From Felis catus (Eukaryota), in the NCBI RefSeq assembly GCF_018350175.1, contig NC_058382.1:51462001-51526000 (forward strand): a stretch of 64,000 nt of DNA, in the 5' to 3' direction. Positions within the stretch are counted from its first letter, which is position 1. The number at the start of each line of letters is the position of its first letter. This document shows positions 63,408 to 64,000 of this stretch, in pieces. Below the pieces are notes generated by a model. That model had not been told where the DNA came from and did not search any database. It was given only the letters and a program-made list of their open reading frames with translations. Position numbers and translations under genes: made by a program.

Positions 63408-63620
63408 TTTTTTAAACGTTTATTTGTTTTGGGCGGGGGGGGGGGGTGGGGGAGAGAGCGCATGAGCAGGGGAAGGGCAGAGAGAGAGGGGAACAAAGAA
63501 TCTGAAGCAGGCTCGGTGCTGACAGCATGGAGCCCAATGCAGGGCTAGAACTCATGAACCATGAGATCATGACCTGAGCTGAAGTCGAACTCTCAACTGA
63601 CAGGGCCACCCAGGTGCCCC
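63408..63620 (-). mobile_element. Can-SINE
   Basis: Typical reverse-complement body. Confidence 0.9.
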
Positions 63621-63639
63621 TAGGTACCACGTTTCCAAG

Positions 63640-63995
63640 GCTGTGTAGCAAACAGCCTTGGAAAACAGAGGTAGTGTCTTCCTCTGGAGCAGTGGGCAGA
63701 CCTGCTTACCGTCCCGCATAAAGATTCGGGTTCCCTAAGTTCACAGTTCCTCTTCTGTGATACACCCTACAACTTGCAAGGTGGTGCCTGGCCCTCTTTG
63801 CACCACCCTGTGGGAGCCAGGGGAAGGAAGCTGGCACAAACCTGAAGCTTCCTGCTGCTTTCTGGGCCAGGAGTAATAAAGTTCTTTAGTGGTGACCCAT
63901 GAGTCTCAAGTCTCCAGCCAACATCCACGAATTCTTGGCAGGCTAACTTGTTAGCCTGCAGGTAGGGTAGCATCTCAGATGCCACAACGCTGGAC
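63640..63995 (+). mobile_element. ERV1-class LTR (MER90-like; family assignment uncertain)
   Basis: AATAAA at 63875-63880, followed by a U5-like 'ggcaggctaacttgttagcctgcaggtagggtagcatctcaga'. Confidence 0.55.
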
Positions 63996-64000
63996 GCTTC

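Noticed and set aside
5366..63651. Recurring ORFs such as MAQSVERPTSAQVMI..., MGQRETEHER... and GAPGWRSRLSVRLQPGHDL...
   Set aside because: These are translations of Can-SINE copies, not a gene family.
1..64000. CRISPR arrays, operons, prokaryotic or defence systems, intact retroviral or L1 ORFs, a second host gene
   Set aside because: There is no repeat-spacer array, no long non-repeat ORF outside the CpG island and no gag/pol/env. The window is typical mammalian intronic and intergenic DNA.

Overview
Mammalian genomic DNA from a felid, most likely domestic cat or a close relative, judged from about 28 tRNA-derived Can-SINEs, several of the young SINEC_Fc type. The only protein-coding gene I can support is the 5' end of ADAMTS18 on the minus strand. 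Its coding exons 1-3 (7061-6972, 6859-6772, 3824-3508) join in frame to give 165 codons of signal peptide and pro-domain; intron 3 runs off the left edge. A CpG-island promoter lies at about 6.55-8.33 kb. The remaining ~55 kb is gene-free upstream DNA made of SINEs, L1/L2/CR1 relics, MaLR/ERVL/ERV1 LTRs, MER5/MER20/MER47 DNA transposons and microsatellites. I see no new multi-gene system. The most notable signals are regulatory and cluster at the ADAMTS18 5' end: a non-canonical GC-AG first intron, a uORF ending 2 nt before the start codon, a competing GT donor in the 5'UTR, a (GGC)n poly-Gly tract, six CAGGTG E-boxes, an extended CTCF site, and an intact solo ERV1 LTR whose promoter points at the gene. 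Repeat names and boundaries come from pattern recognition without RepeatMasker and are approximate. Comparisons to human ADAMTS18 are from memory.
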